Source of the DNA: Chamaesiphon sp. | GTDB taxonomy: Bacteria > Cyanobacteriota > Cyanobacteriia > Cyanobacteriales > Chamaesiphonaceae | DNA length: 64,000 nucleotides | NCBI GenBank assembly: GCA_965246715.1 | Contig: CBDFFH010000005.1 | Coordinates: 128,001 to 192,000 of the forward strand | Direction: 5' to 3' | Shown here: piece by piece, positions 63,776-64,000 of the stretch | Layout of the letters: every line of letters starts with the position of its first letter | Numbering within the stretch: the stretch's first letter is position 1 | Made by a program: the position numbers and the translations under genes | The notes under the pieces: generated by a model | What the model was told of the DNA's origin: nothing | What the model saw: only the letters and a program-made list of their open reading frames with translations | Database searches by the model: none

Positions 63776-64000
63776 ATGCAATCTTTACAGGAACTCCTCG
63801 ATTTCGATCGCCTGCATGTTTGGCACCCTTATGCAGCCATACCCAATCTGTTACCAGTGTTTCCAGTAGAGTCAGCCCAGGGCGTACATATTCAGTTGAT
63901 GGATGGTCGATCGCTCATTGATGGCATCTCTTCTTGGTGGACTTGTATTCATGGTTATAACCATCCCCGCCTAAATCAAGCTGCTCACGCCCAAATCGAT
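63776..64000 (+). CDS. bioA: Adenosylmethionine-8-amino-7-oxononanoate aminotransferase, 5' part only (runs off the window)
   Basis: DRLHVWHPY, IDGISSWWTCIHGYNHPRLN; absent from the ORF track because it has no stop in the window. Confidence 0.9.
   Translation, partial: MQSLQELLDFDRLHVWHPYAAIPNLLPVFPVESAQGVHIQLMDGRSLIDGISSWWTCIHGYNHPRLNQAAHAQID

Overview
Cyanobacterial chromosomal segment. CGATCG/HIP1 palindromes are very dense, including many TCGATCGA variants, which suggests a Chamaesiphon-like host (inference). Housekeeping genes include acpP-fabF, cpcG, monomeric icd, gltA, ccb1, hik2, sipA, dnaX, rnhA, ligA, a dynamin-like GTPase and the 5' part of bioA. Accessory DNA is interspersed: (1) the edge of a tyrosine-integrase island at tRNA-Val(GAC); (2) a complete IS110 element of IS621 type (62027-63391) whose left non-coding end encodes a readable bridge RNA. 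Its guides match the element's own donor junction and the GTAG-type REP it interrupts, and a vacant copy of the same target lies about 0.7 kb away; (3) an HTH-NB-ARC-WD40 (STAND/NLR-like) gene divergent from an AT-rich cluster (GNAT synthase, HO-like diiron enzyme, lipase-3, hydrolase) in which three promoters share a 10-bp-periodic TTACT motif overlapping the -35; (4) a family of 22-24 nt double-hairpin micro-insertions at CGAT^CG, some in frame or nested, plus REPs, a RAYT remnant, MITEs and STRR heptamer arrays. All calls are by eye from motifs; no database searches were run.
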